The translations under genes were made by a program, and so were the position numbers. Source: Laetmonice hystrix (taxonomy: Eukaryota). From it: DNA of 64,000 bases. This document shows positions 51,895 to 64,000 of this stretch, piece by piece. The stretch's first letter is position 1. Every line of letters begins with the position of its first letter. The stretch is from contig OZ249436.1 in NCBI GenBank assembly GCA_965235115.1, positions 31,932,001-31,996,000 of the forward strand. The letters are read 5' to 3'. A model generated the notes under the pieces. It saw nothing but the letters and a program-made list of their open reading frames with translations, was not told where the DNA came from and made no database searches.

Positions 51895-52590
51895 CGGCCG
51901 GCACCTGTCTGACGTCACCAGTCAAGTCGGTGCTGTCACAGTACCAGGCCGCCACCTGTCTGACGTCACCGGTCAAGACGATGCTGTCACAGTACCAGGC
52001 CGCCACCAAGTCGATGCTGTCACAGTACCAGGCCGCCACCAAGTCGGTGCTGTCACAGTACCAGGCCGCCACCAAGTCGATGCTGTCACAGTACCAGGCC
52101 GCCACCAAGTCGGTGCTGTCACAGTACCAGGCCGCCACCAAGTCGATGCTGTCACAGTACCAGGCCGCCACCTGTCTGACGTCACCAGTCAAGTCGGTGC
52201 TGTCACAGTACCAGGCCGCCACCTGTCCGACGTCACCGGTCAAGTCGATGCTGTCACAGTACCAGGCCGCAACCTGTCTGACGTCACCGGTCAAGTCGAT
52301 GCTGTCACAGTACCAGGCCGCCACCTGTCTGACGTCACCGGTCAAGACGATGCTGTCACAGTACCAGGCCGCAACCAAGTCGGTAGGCCTACTGTCACAG
52401 TAAACGGCCGCCACCGGTCTGATGTCACCGGTCAAGTCGGTGCTGTCACAGTACCAGGCCGCCACCAAGTCGGTACTGTCACAGTAACAGGCCGCCACCT
52501 GTCTGATGTCACTGGTCAAGTCGGTACTGTCACAGTAACAGGTCGCCACCTGTCTGACGTCACCGGTTAAGTCGGTACTGTTACAGTACA
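51895..52590. repeat. Minisatellite of mixed 51-bp and 33-bp units carrying CRE palindromes
   Basis: Long unit CAAGTCGGTGCTGTCACAGTACCAGGCCGCCACCTGTCTGACGTCACCGGT; the short unit lacks 18 bp. Both are multiples of 3, hence the 189-237 aa ORFs on both strands. Confidence 0.95.
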
Positions 52591-55500
52591 TGTACATTGT
52601 ACCAGGCTGCCACCTGTTTGAGGCGCGGTGTGGTTACAGTGACCCAACAGTAGCAGACTGCCTCTTCATACCCTGTCAAGTCAGGTGGTTGACCCCGCCA
52701 CCCTCCTCGGCGCCAGATCCCTGGCGTAGAAAACTGATATCCACCCAATACCTGTCATACAGGAACGACATACGCACTGTAAATACACAACCTACCAGAA
52801 TCATGCAGCAGAAGACAGCACTGATTCTGACCAAAAGTCCATGAATTTGGCGGTAAAACCAATGAAACACCTTTCCTTGGTAGTTAGTGACGACAAGGCA
52901 TTCTCTTTCCTTTGTCAAGGTCATTTCTTCCTGCTAATCTCCCTTACGGCTACGATTAACCTAAAACCTAGTTTGCATGGTTGATATGGGGCACTCCTGG
53001 CGTAATCCCCTATTACCATCGTGTAAAAAATTCTGATGCACTTGATGTGGTCTGGTAAATAAAATAGCAGGCTTGCCAAGAGTAAAGCAGGCTGTGTACA
53101 GCTGCGGATGGAAGAACCCATCAATTATTGCTGTGCGTGTATGATGACCTTTTGCCTTGGATTTAAAGGTGCTATTCGTCTCGCACAGAATGGCATTTCT
53201 CCTATCATACATTGTGCACATAGTACTAGAAAAAATTCCTACCGATACCATTGGCCTGATAAACCTTCTATTAGTTTGTGTGCAGCATTTGAAACCTATC
53301 TCGGTGCGCACCGAGATAGAGCCATTTCCTATGGTGGGGCGTGTCAGGGTCTCCACAGGCCTTCTGAGAGAGCCCCATTTGTGCCGTTATCCATGAGAAA
53401 TTCTGATTTACTTTGTTGTGAATCTATTTCCATGATAGGTGGGATCACATAAACGTCAACAAAATTAAAAATAAAAAAATTGAACTTTTCTTCACGAATA
53501 GCACCTTTAAGGTAATGGGATAATTATGATGCATAGCAGTTACCGAACTGATACGATGAACGGTAATTAATGGTAGCGTTCTGGTCAGCCTGGTGGAGGC
53601 CACTGAGCCAGCAAACCACCGACCATCTACTGGGAATCCGAGCAAGCCAAGGGGGCTGGATCTGACCATAGAGTATAGAAGGATCTGGACAAAACTTTTT
53701 TATCTCCACGTTTCTACACATACACTACACGTTTAAGTATTAAGGGAAAACGTTGCGACCGTTCATTTAATAAGGCTATTGCTGTTAGCCACCATATCGA
53801 TTCATCATGGTCGTGTTGGGGGAGGGGAGGGGCGGGGATGGAGCGGGACAACCAAACGCCACCAGGACCTAACGCCGGACTCGGACTTCCCGGATATCCT
53901 CCTAGCACGCTCTCCGCTGTAGACACCCCCGCCCCCGTTCAACCAGTATACACCTCACCACCAGTTCTTAAACCGGACAAATTTGTAAGACGGCGGCGAC
54001 GAAATGGAGCGCTGGATGGAGCACCCCAACGCTCCACCTCACCGCCGCACTCCCAATTTCCACTCCAATTGAGACGGATGGAGTTCAAATCCCCGCTCAG
54101 CCTCACTTCACATCTCATTTTAATGGCCAGTAGTCGAGGTCCTCGAGGTTGTCATCAGTCAGCCTCCTTCCCTCGCCACTGGGTCAGTCCTTGACACGTC
54201 TACACCGAATACGCCCAGACTGGACACCAACGTGCTATCAATTCCTGTTTCGTTCCATTAGTCTCGTCAACAGTTTGCATGATGTGTACTGGAAGCATGG
54301 CGAAAATACACATACAGAAGATGTGCATTATACATCATACACTAGTAAATATTTTACAGCACATGCAGGCATAAAGTGTACCGAGATGACGTGAATTGGC
54401 TTCTTTATGGAGCTGACTGCAAACGTTTGACGGCCAGCGACTGGCGTAGATTACCATGGTGAAAGACAGGGGCCGGAGCCATCATCAGCTCTAACAATCA
54501 CAGCCACTTGGCGGGGCCGGAGCCATCAAAGGTCTCACAACCAATCTCGAGCGGGCCTCCGACATCTTTATGAGGGTAATGCACTGAACTAGTGCATGTA
54601 ATCCGGTTGTCCCGTTGTACACGAAAGGTAATAAGCAATGACCCTCTTGACACTGTGCGATACCTCCAGAATAGGATAAAACATATAAATAAAAAATATA
54701 TATAAAAAGGCATTTGATGTACAATTGTTGAGGCCATCATTGTCGGTAGAAATGGCCGAGCCTTGATCCCCAGGGTAGGGTAATATGGTCGGTCGTGTAC
54801 GACGGCAAATTCCTGGCTTCGACTTATGACAGTTCACCGAATGGCTCCTTGGCCCGCTGGCCTTGGATAAATGAAGTCTGCAGTCGGCTCCAGCTACCCC
54901 GTACGGATCTGAGTTCTTGCCGTATGACGGTGGAGGGCAGACGAGAATGTAATGAGATTGAGGCCAATCAGGGGCGGGCGAAGACGCTCACACATCAAGG
55001 CTATTGGTGGCTGGCAGGCACAGGGCCCCGACCACTGCCAATTATCTGCCATCAAATGGACTGCATCTCCCGTCGCTGCCACAAACCTCCAGTGGCGGTC
55101 TGATTGGCAGCACAGAGAGAAAGTCTACTTAAGGGGCCCGCCTTTCCTTTTTTTTCTCGTTTGATTTTCGGTGGGGGATGTCCATAAATCGTAGACGTCA
55201 TCTCTTGTTGGTTTTGTCCTCAATGACCGAAGGCCAGGTGTACACGATAACCATGCTGGCTTCACAATCAAAGATATCTGAAAAGCGAGATTAGCTTAAT
55301 CAGTCTGCTCCTCCGCTCCGCTCAACTTTCGGTGGCATTGAGAAACAAGCAATGCTCTGTCCAAGTCGCTCCTCAGAACTGCTATCTTCTGTCATGAAGC
55401 TTTTTCTCTTCCCTCCAACTGCACAGGAAGATGTCCTTTTTTCATGGATGAGACAACTTCTATCAAAGAAGCTGGTCCTCGCTGCTAGCTGAATGTCTAT

Positions 55501-56385
55501 AGCCGGCCACAGTCTGCCGATATGGCCTCAGATGAACATTTGGAGTCATAGCTTCAATGCTGAGAGACAGGCCAGAACCACAGCAGAGTTAACAAGCATT
55601 AGAATTTCCGATCAGTCTTCTTTGGAGTTTCTTATTCGATGGTATTTCTTTGGAAGCCGTTTTGGAGCAATAAACGTGCAAATAACAAGGCCAGGATAAT
55701 CCTTTACACGGGTATGCTTTGGTTTAACCCCCTGGTCAGAAATTATTTTGGTTTGGTGTCAGGGTAATGCCTGAATTCGTCTTAATCATACACAGCCAAC
55801 AAATAAGGATTCAGTTTTCATGGAAATGCATGGCTTGATCATCTAGCAGGCAGCAAGGCATTTAACTCTTTTCCTTTACAGAAGCCACAGACTTAGGACT
55901 ATTATAAGTAATCATGACTGTATTAGCTCTACCAAAATGCAAAACAACTAGTTCTCTTGGCTTATGAAGATACTGAGGCTTTCTTTTCTTGTAAAGAATG
56001 AACTGAATTTAGACTTGTTTAAAATGGTTATATCAACAAACCCAAACAAAATAAAAGCCCTAATAATTCAATGAATGTGTTAAGTTAAAGCATTAATTTC
56101 CACTTCACTCTGTTAGTGACCGTACTATTTTCTTACCGGTGGAAGTTCGCAAATTATGGAGGGAGCTGCCTTAACTTATCTTGCAACTACTTATCCATAC
56201 ATTTCCATGCTCGCGTTCATCAGATAACACTCAATGGGCACTTTGAAAAATAAACAGTTGATCGAGATGAACTTAAAAACTCATGGTGTGGTATAGTCAC
56301 AGATTGAAAAAAAAAACCTTTGCGGGTAACCGAAATAGAGAGACAAATAAAATATGACAAGTGATATACGATAATGTGCACCCAC

Positions 56386-56458
56386 CTTTAAATCTCTATG
56401 CACTACACCATGTTGATGACAATAGTTAACACTCTCTAATATTTGCTGCATGCAGTGA
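56386..56458 (-). CDS. CaMKII: CaMKII catalytic-loop exon, copy B: (S)[24 protein letters not shown]
   Basis: 73 nt, tttcag/gtgggt ends, phase 2-0, HRD motif. Confidence 0.96.
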
Positions 56459-56558
56459 CTGAAACGTGAAAATGACGACGACGTGAATAAGAGACAACAA
56501 ACTGATAGGAGCGTGCCAGCCACACATGCTTGGGACAAGACACTGCCGTGTCACCCAC

Positions 56559-56631
56559 CTTTAAATCACGGTGAATTATATTATTTTGATGGCAATGTTG
56601 AACACCTTCTAAGATTTGTTGTATGCAGTGA
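56559..56631 (-). CDS. CaMKII: CaMKII catalytic-loop exon, copy A: (S)[24 protein letters not shown]
   Basis: 73 nt, strong pyrimidine tract ttcttcttctttcag, gtgggt donor, phase 2-0, intact HRD. Confidence 0.94.
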
Positions 56632-59600
56632 CTGAAAGAAGAAGAAGGTAGGATTACTGGTTTGGGTGATCGAACTACATTAGCTGCTGCAATAGACCAG
56701 GGGAGTCTGCAGCAGACCATACAGAAAGCAGGTGAAGCCAGAGACGGTGAGCACACAAGAACCATGATGCAGACTCGAGTAGACTGAAGCACGATCTCAG
56801 GGGAGTTGACCCAGCACTGCGCTAGGTCCGTCACAATGTGTGTGACCGCCCTCAGTCACAAGTGACAACTGTGACAGAGGGCCAAGAGGGGCTGCCCTCA
56901 CACTGCAAAAAAATATACATCTGGAAAATGGATACAAAAGTGGGGATAGGGTAGCGACCAAAGGTGACGAGGCACTTTATCCATCTATTATAAATACACT
57001 GAGGTACTGAGAAGCTATAGAACTGGCCTGAAACTGTTTCAGCCGCAACCAAGAAACGTTTACATATTATGGAGACCTACATTTAGCTGAATCCGATGCG
57101 ATTTAATCATTTCGAACCAATCACCGTCGTTGAACCAACAACCTTGCAACCAACCAGGCAACTAGGAATAGAAGGTGTCGACCGTCTAACGATATCAAAA
57201 TGGCAGCTGCTGCCGCCAGTATTCACGTTACGTCGACTTTATTGGCGACATTACCGAGAAGGTTTCCTTCAGTATTCATCATTCCGTTACATAATTAACA
57301 AGGGTACTCAGTGAGTGCATGACAACAGCCTTGCCCACTCCGCACTACTATAAACTGTCTACTTCACAAACATCCTCCTGCCCTTGCCTGAACCGGCTCA
57401 TCTGATCCCGGTTAAAAAAAAAAACTTAAGTCTCAGTTTAAGCTTAAGCAGACCAGCCCCTCAGAAATAAGCTTGAAAAAAGGGGGGCCGTGGTGGCTGA
57501 GAGCTCAGCGGTGAAGCCAGCGGAAATCGGATCCTGTAGCGCCCTGACAGCGTGGCTGCGGCAGCGATATGGTTCATGTACGTCATCGAACCGTGTATGG
57601 TCGATAAAGGCCCAGCTTTAAACATGTTGTCTTGTCACGATATCGACACACTCGTGGCGCCTTCACTGATGAGCCTTGAACACGTCGACAAGTGGCAGGG
57701 CTTGTTTTGGCCGACCCTCGCAAACACTACCAGCCATAGTCTCGGTGGCTGACCTGACAATTCGGAGCTGGAACCTCAAGGTGTTCAAAGGGTGTATTAT
57801 CACCTCGAACCACGCCCGAGCCGTTCGTACACCTACCTATACATGGCAACGCCCATGGTATACACTACAATGGAAATCATGGGCCCATGAAAATTAACAC
57901 TGTACATTACTCTATATACGTAAAACACGCCTAGAGAATATTATTCAGCCGTAACATGATCGGCTATTCAAACTCTGATTAGTTTGAAGAACACAGCAAT
58001 TGCAAGCTACAACTTGTGCAATTACCGATGTATGTTCACAAACTGATTAGCCCTTATATGCTATAAGAATTATCCTTTTAATCGGCCATACCGTCTCCTT
58101 TGCATTATTAGCAGCATTCTATTAAAATTTTGAACCCTTTTTCAATTGGGTAGAATGCTTACTTTCCACCTGAGGGCAAAACTTTATTTAGGGTGCTGAC
58201 TACTCAAATCACCCAGGAGGGTCGCACCTGGAAAGACAAAGACAAAGATATGTCATTGTAAATTCTACTCAATTCCACTCCCCAAAGTAAAACTATTAGG
58301 ATGAACTATCCTTCTATGTTGTATGTGTGATGCAGGTATACTAGAGAAAATACAAATAGTTAAAACCTTTGTATCTGACCTTTCAAGAGGCGGGGACTGC
58401 TGCAGAGGTTGTCATGGTGATGGCACAATCACAATCAACAAGCTCATTACCATTCGGCAAATTACCACTAGAAGCCTTGAAACCATGATGGGCCTCTGCA
58501 CTGTACTATCTTCTGACTGGTAAAATAAGGCCCAGTAAAAGGCACATTAATGGTAGATTAGATGAGAAAATAAGTCATCCATAGGCCAGGTATTGACCAA
58601 TCACTGCAGATTAAAGGGCGGGGGACGTGAAACATGGCCACCTCCTCCCGACCCTCGCTATCCTGCCTACACTCCCGCCCTTCTGTACATACTTCTTCTG
58701 TCCAAAGTTTTTCCTACCTTGATACGTGCTCGCGCCGTGATCTATTAATTCTGCTCTCGTGTCGAGGAGCTACAGATGTTTGTGAAACTATCTACAGAAG
58801 TCAGAAGTGCGCTCATGCCTGCCACTGGCGAATTTTCTTGAATTTAGTTTTCTGATAGATTTTGAAAACCCAGTATCGTAATTATGATTAGGCCTGTTTA
58901 AGCACAAGTAATTGATTAAAACATCGATTAGATGTACCTTACGAAGTCGCAGCCCTACTGGTGCGTCATGTATCTCAATCTCTGATGCCCTTTCATTTAA
59001 AGTCATTATATTATGACCAAGCTCTTGTGCCATGGTCAGTTGGGGGGTGGCGTGGATAAACCTTCTCTAAAATGACTTCTATAACTAGCTTTTTTAATGC
59101 TGTCTCAAGCCAATGGCCCTACCTGCTTCCTCACTAACATATACACACCTCAATGTTCCAGCTTTCAGGCAAACTAAGATGCAATTTAATAAACGTTCTG
59201 TCGATAGAATGCACTGCTTTCGCTTCAATTAACTGTTTCTAGAACCCACTGGGGAAATCAGAAGCCACATTCTACCAACACAAACAATAAAACAAAGGTC
59301 TGCAAAATGACACCAGGGATGGGTAAGGCTATCAGTGCGTGTGCTTTACTTCATTTCTGGACCCACAATACGGGCACACCAGACGTGGATTGATGCCTTC
59401 AGCTTCACGGACCTGCGTGGGTCTTTTCCTTCACCGACCCCAGAGAGTGGCCATCGACCGACGGGGTCCAACGGTTCCATGTCCGGCTCCCCTGACAATC
59501 GGCCCCGTCTCAGGCCTCGGTGGCTTCCACGGAAATCCAAACACCTGATGACCAACCGTCTTAGGGGTGCATTCGTCGCCCAGCCCTAGCTCCGAGCCGG

Positions 59601-62553
59601 GGGAGAGCAGCAGGCTGACGGTGATGGTCTACGTGCAATCACCTCAGTTAAGGTGGCATCACCTGCTTCTCCGGTCATTTTCTGTCCCGCTTCCTCTCCC
59701 CTCAGGACGGGGGGATACTGACCCAGCTGCCTGTGGGAACTTGGAAGGGGATCTTCCATTCTGGGATTGTCCGCACAGGCTACTTCAACCCTTTCAACTA
59801 CTGCCGGTTGTTCAGTAGCAAATATCAATTTATGCACGTTTCGGTTTCATGAATGAAGACATCAGGATTTTGACTGTCCTCCACTACAAAAGACTTGCCC
59901 CCTCTTTACAGCCCTTGTAGTGGGCAAGAGGTGTCAGTCAGACACATTGAGACGGACAGGTCCTGACACGTAAGTCATCCAGGCCTGTGACTCTGGCTTT
60001 TAGTTATCACTTCAGGTAGCAACGTTAGAGTGACAAGTCAGAACTGGCCAGCGAAGTTGCTTTATGTCTGGGAAATATGGAGAGTCAAATAATTATGTTC
60101 AAAAAGAAAATTTGGAAACTAATGATGCATGAATAGTCGAATATTACGGCAAAATATCTGGCATGACTGGACTTCAGTCTTTCACCGATATATTCTCACC
60201 GGCGTGATGTCATGAATGCTACTTGATTAAAACAAAAGCAAATCCTACTACTTCTACACATAGTAGATTTATAGCACAGGATCCGTGGGATGAATAGAAA
60301 GGGCTTATAATTCTATCTTATCAGTAGCCATTTCCAATCAGCTCTCTCTACCTTCTAATGATATCAGCAATGCTAATTCGGCTTCATATCAGGAAGCCTG
60401 TTTGGGTGTGACAGTCGCAGTATCTGATTCCTAAATGATTCCTTCCCTTACAATATATTCTCCTCTGTAAACATGATTACTGCAGCTGTGAGGCGGTTCA
60501 TAATCTTACATCGACACTAGACTTCTGACTAAAAACTTTTTTTTCATCCTCACTGAATACCGTAATCATAGAGCGGTGACAATAAAAAACAACCTTGATT
60601 TCCCTACCCCTTAAACAAATTAATTAATCAAACTTTTCGGACAAAACACATCTAAAATTTTCCCACCTTCTATAAAATAATTAATCGCAGAAAGAATCTG
60701 CGATGTACCTTCATGCATTTTGCAACATTAAACATTTCGTTTGTTCTACAATTGCCTGTTTGTGGAATGCGGGGTGATTTGATAATCAAATAACATGCAA
60801 TAATAATCATTCTCTGAAGTCCTGCTTAGTTCCAACATAGCAACCTCCTCCTGCCTACTGGGAAAAAAATAAATATTTGATTAATGGTTCTACACAAATG
60901 CCACACCATAATAAAGGCAGCTCCCAAAAAAGGACCACCAGAGTTAACAAAGGAAAGCTACTTGATCAGACGTCACGAAGTCAGCACACAAAGACAAAAC
61001 AGCATTATGATGTATTAGGCTGGATTACCATCGTGTGAGTTAAACATTGCTGTCATCAAAAAACACACAGTTGCATAAATCCATTTCACATAGACTTTTC
61101 ATGCAATTATCCCTCCTTTCACCCCCATTTCCTTTTTTAGACTCGCCCAAAGAAGGCTTCCGCCAGTTCTCGATAAGGTACCGGAGATGAAACAAGGGGT
61201 AATAACACTGTTGTGAGTCTACCACATCAAAGGCCATGTACTCATCTATTAGAATAACAATGAGTCAATCTCCCACAACGATCAACCGAATCCAAAATCC
61301 CATCTTAGGAATTATTCCCTGCCAAAGAAGCCAACTTTCATTTGTCCTTGCTACAGCAGTTTGCGACCGTTTCTGCGTAATCTGATTGAGTATAGCACTG
61401 GCCACCGGGCCGGTACAGGGAGGGGCCTTTGAAGCAGTCTATACCATAATATCGTTTTGCGACAGGTGGGAGGCTTTTGATGGCAGCATTGAAACACCAC
61501 TATACACACATACTAATACACACACACGAGCGAGTTATAAAATAGGAAAACAATACACTCAACACAAAAAACTGACAACATCCGAAACCAGGTCATCAAC
61601 TGTTTCAATTCCGTTGGATCACAGACATATATACAGCTATAATACAGGCACAAAGTTCCTTCATGTTAAAGAGTAATGAAAACGAGTTATCAAGTTGAAG
61701 TACCAAATTTTTTATCAAAAATATTGTCATTTGAATATAATATGGAACGAAAGGAGCTGAGTTCACCGCAGTCACTCTTAACATCCTACCATACATTATT
61801 TAATACATCTAAGTTATATCATAACTTAGCAGCCTCACACCCTGAGGAATCGACAACTATCCAAGTAATCTTCCTTCTGTCAAATTAATTCTTACCACTG
61901 AAGATACAAACAAACACTTGAGATGTTCTAAAACAGCGCTAAATCAAGTCAGTGTTCTGGAGCTAGGATCCTGTATGAACACATCCCCCCCACACCCCCA
62001 TAAAAAATAAAAATAAAAAAAGATAGAGAGAAAGAAAGACAAAAAATAACACCGATAGTCAAACCACCGCGGGTCAGTGTTTTTGTGGACAGTGGCCATT
62101 TCCAGGTCCATCAGATACAGTGGCCATTGCGGGGTCTGGCTAATGTACGCCCTCGGGCAGTGCCGCCGCCTCCCACGCCTTCCTAGTGTATCCACAGTCC
62201 GTGGGTAATGAGAAGAGAAACAATATCCTTCGTTCGACCTTTACTGACATGATGGAATTCAATGTCTGTTCTACCATAATACCCGCGGATATTATATATC
62301 TAGTGGAACCAGTATTAACTCCGTGTCTGTACAACAACTTGAGCTAACACACAAGAAACCCCCACCCCCGCTTTCTGCGAAAAGTGTGAAAGGTCGGGAA
62401 CTAAAACAAAATACAGCAAATTCTGCTTACACTCTTACAGTGACATAATAATACCATTGTTCCACATAATGGAGGCTCATTCATATTTAGTTATCAGGCC
62501 CTAGAAATAATTGGAAGAAAATGTTTGCAGCATATGACAGAGCGGTGACCCAC

Positions 62554-62619
62554 CTGGCATCTGCTTCACTGTAAAACTCTCTGGCCACTATGTCTTCAAA
62601 GAGTTCACCCCCTGTTACC
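62554..62619 (-). CDS. CaMKII: CaMKII kinase exon VTGGELFEDIVAREFYSEADA(S)
   Basis: 66 nt, tttcag/gtgggt ends, phase 2-2. Confidence 0.98.
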
Positions 62620-62822
62620 CTGAAACAGACAACAATAGCAATTGTTGATACACTGAGCACTGAAATACACACAGCAAAGTATTGTGAACGTAGGTTAAGG
62701 TAAGTGTGTTACTTAAAACGCTCTGGGTCTTTTGAAAGTTGAAAGAATAAAATATATAAAACTCTTTTCAAAGAATTATTCTAATGTGCTGCATTCGACC
62801 TAGCATGCGACTTAAGGAAAGG

Positions 62823-62891
62823 TATGGTATTCCCAACTTCAATCAACTATGGTATTCCCAACTTCAATCAACTATGGTACTCCCAACTTCA
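62823..62891. repeat. 25-bp tandem repeat TATGGTATTCCCAACTTCAATCAAC, about 2.7 units
   Basis: Directly visible. Confidence 0.85.
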
Positions 62892-62959
62892 TAAAACCAA
62901 AGGACATTAATTTAGGTTGTAGATGACGATTGATAAAATAAGATAAGATATATACTTAC

Positions 62960-63014
62960 AAGTCAAAGACTAGGTAGTGAAAACCCTCATCTTGTATACT
63001 GTCATGAAGTCGAA
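62960..63014 (-). CDS. CaMKII: CaMKII kinase exon (V)RLHDSIQDEGFHYLVFD(L), the most 5' exon in the window
   Basis: 55 nt, ttgcag/gtaagt ends, phase 1-2. Confidence 0.97.
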
Positions 63015-64000
63015 CTGCAAAGACAGAGAGACAGGAAATCAGCGTCAGGCGAACAGTCTGGTGTTCTACATCGCGATCTAACATTACCATTTACGGCTAC
63101 TGACATACACCTAGCAATATATTTCATTTTATGAAACGGCTCCAGGTCTTAATTTAGCCTGGCCTTTTTACGGCACTGCCAATAGTTTCCTTGTACGCGT
63201 TTCAAAGGTCGACTTAAGGCGATATCCTCCTTGTATTCACACCGCGTATGTATTAAAAGTTGAATCGGTGCTAGCCAAACGGGTGTTTAATGTGGTTAAC
63301 AGCTCACTTTCGCTCGTCCTTTTATTTATCACATCAAATGACATACTCTCTCTTCCTTGTCATGACAGATTCTACTTAAGACCACATCAAAGGAACAAGA
63401 ACAAGTACTTTGGCCATTTTAGCCAATATATGAGTAAGACCATTCATTCTCAGTTAGTGATACTCACAGTAGTCCACCTCATTACAACCCATCTTTTATC
63501 CGGAGACCATATATTATACTTTCTTAATTAAAGTCATGGAAATCACGTGAAAATATTAGAAGCGCAGCCTCAAACACGTGGCAATATATTAATGATATTT
63601 TCCAGCTTTGGTTAGATATGAGCTCTGTATGAATGCAGCGTAAGGGCTGTGAGGTAATATTGATGCATCCAAACTTTCCAGTTTGAGGCAAGAAATAAAA
63701 TTTTAGATAAAACTTGACTTCACATAGTTCACTTTTAACATGAACCTAAATCATAAAACTCCAGAGTGTTTCTAAGGCACGTTCACGGATTTCATAATTA
63801 AGGACATTTTAGACAATAATACACCTGCCCCATTGTCCTTGAGACTGGGGTTTGCAGGTGCCGCGTAGCTATAGATCCGCTTTTACCCACCGAATTAACA
63901 AAGCTGATGTTCATGTCCTTCCCCTAATCAGGCATAATGACGTCCTAAGAACCACTGTTTCCATTTTTATATCCACCAACATTTCGAACCGAAATCTCAT

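Noticed and set aside
51834..52597. Longest ORFs in the window (189-237 aa), as a nested repeat-protein gene
   Set aside because: Open on both strands only because the 33- and 51-bp units are multiples of 3. They end at the array edges.
63015..64000. Search for the preceding kinase exon (KLEREARIC...)
   Set aside because: Not found by eye; presumably upstream of the window. No third copy of the HRDLK exon was seen either.

Overview
Animal genomic DNA: a bilaterian invertebrate, probably a lophotrochozoan, judged only from the protein sequence. The whole window lies inside one minus-strand gene, Ca2+/calmodulin-dependent protein kinase II (CaMKII). Thirteen coding exons can be read with canonical GT-AG ends and consistent phases, from RLHDSIQDEGFHYLVFDL (62960-63014) through the kinase domain, regulatory segment (RQET, GAILTT) and linker to the hub (KFYFDN, 2894-2988). 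The first exons and the last hub exon(s) fall outside the window. The kinase has two tandem 73-nt copies of the HRDLK exon, which look mutually exclusive. The best lead is in the intron between the RQET and GAILTT exons: a GC-rich ORF starting at a GCCATGG Kozak, with an N-myristoylation motif (MGSSPS) and two phase-0 donors, downstream of a promoter-like CpG island. It predicts a kinase-less, lipid-anchored hub subunit, an alphaKAP analogue. The introns also hold candidate linker and hub cassette exons, two candidate poison exons, a CRE-array minisatellite, a templated direct-plus-inverted duplication, two MITEs and many VNTRs. All alternative exons are predictions from splice signals and frame only, with no transcript evidence. 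Most ORF-track entries are chance or repeat artefacts.
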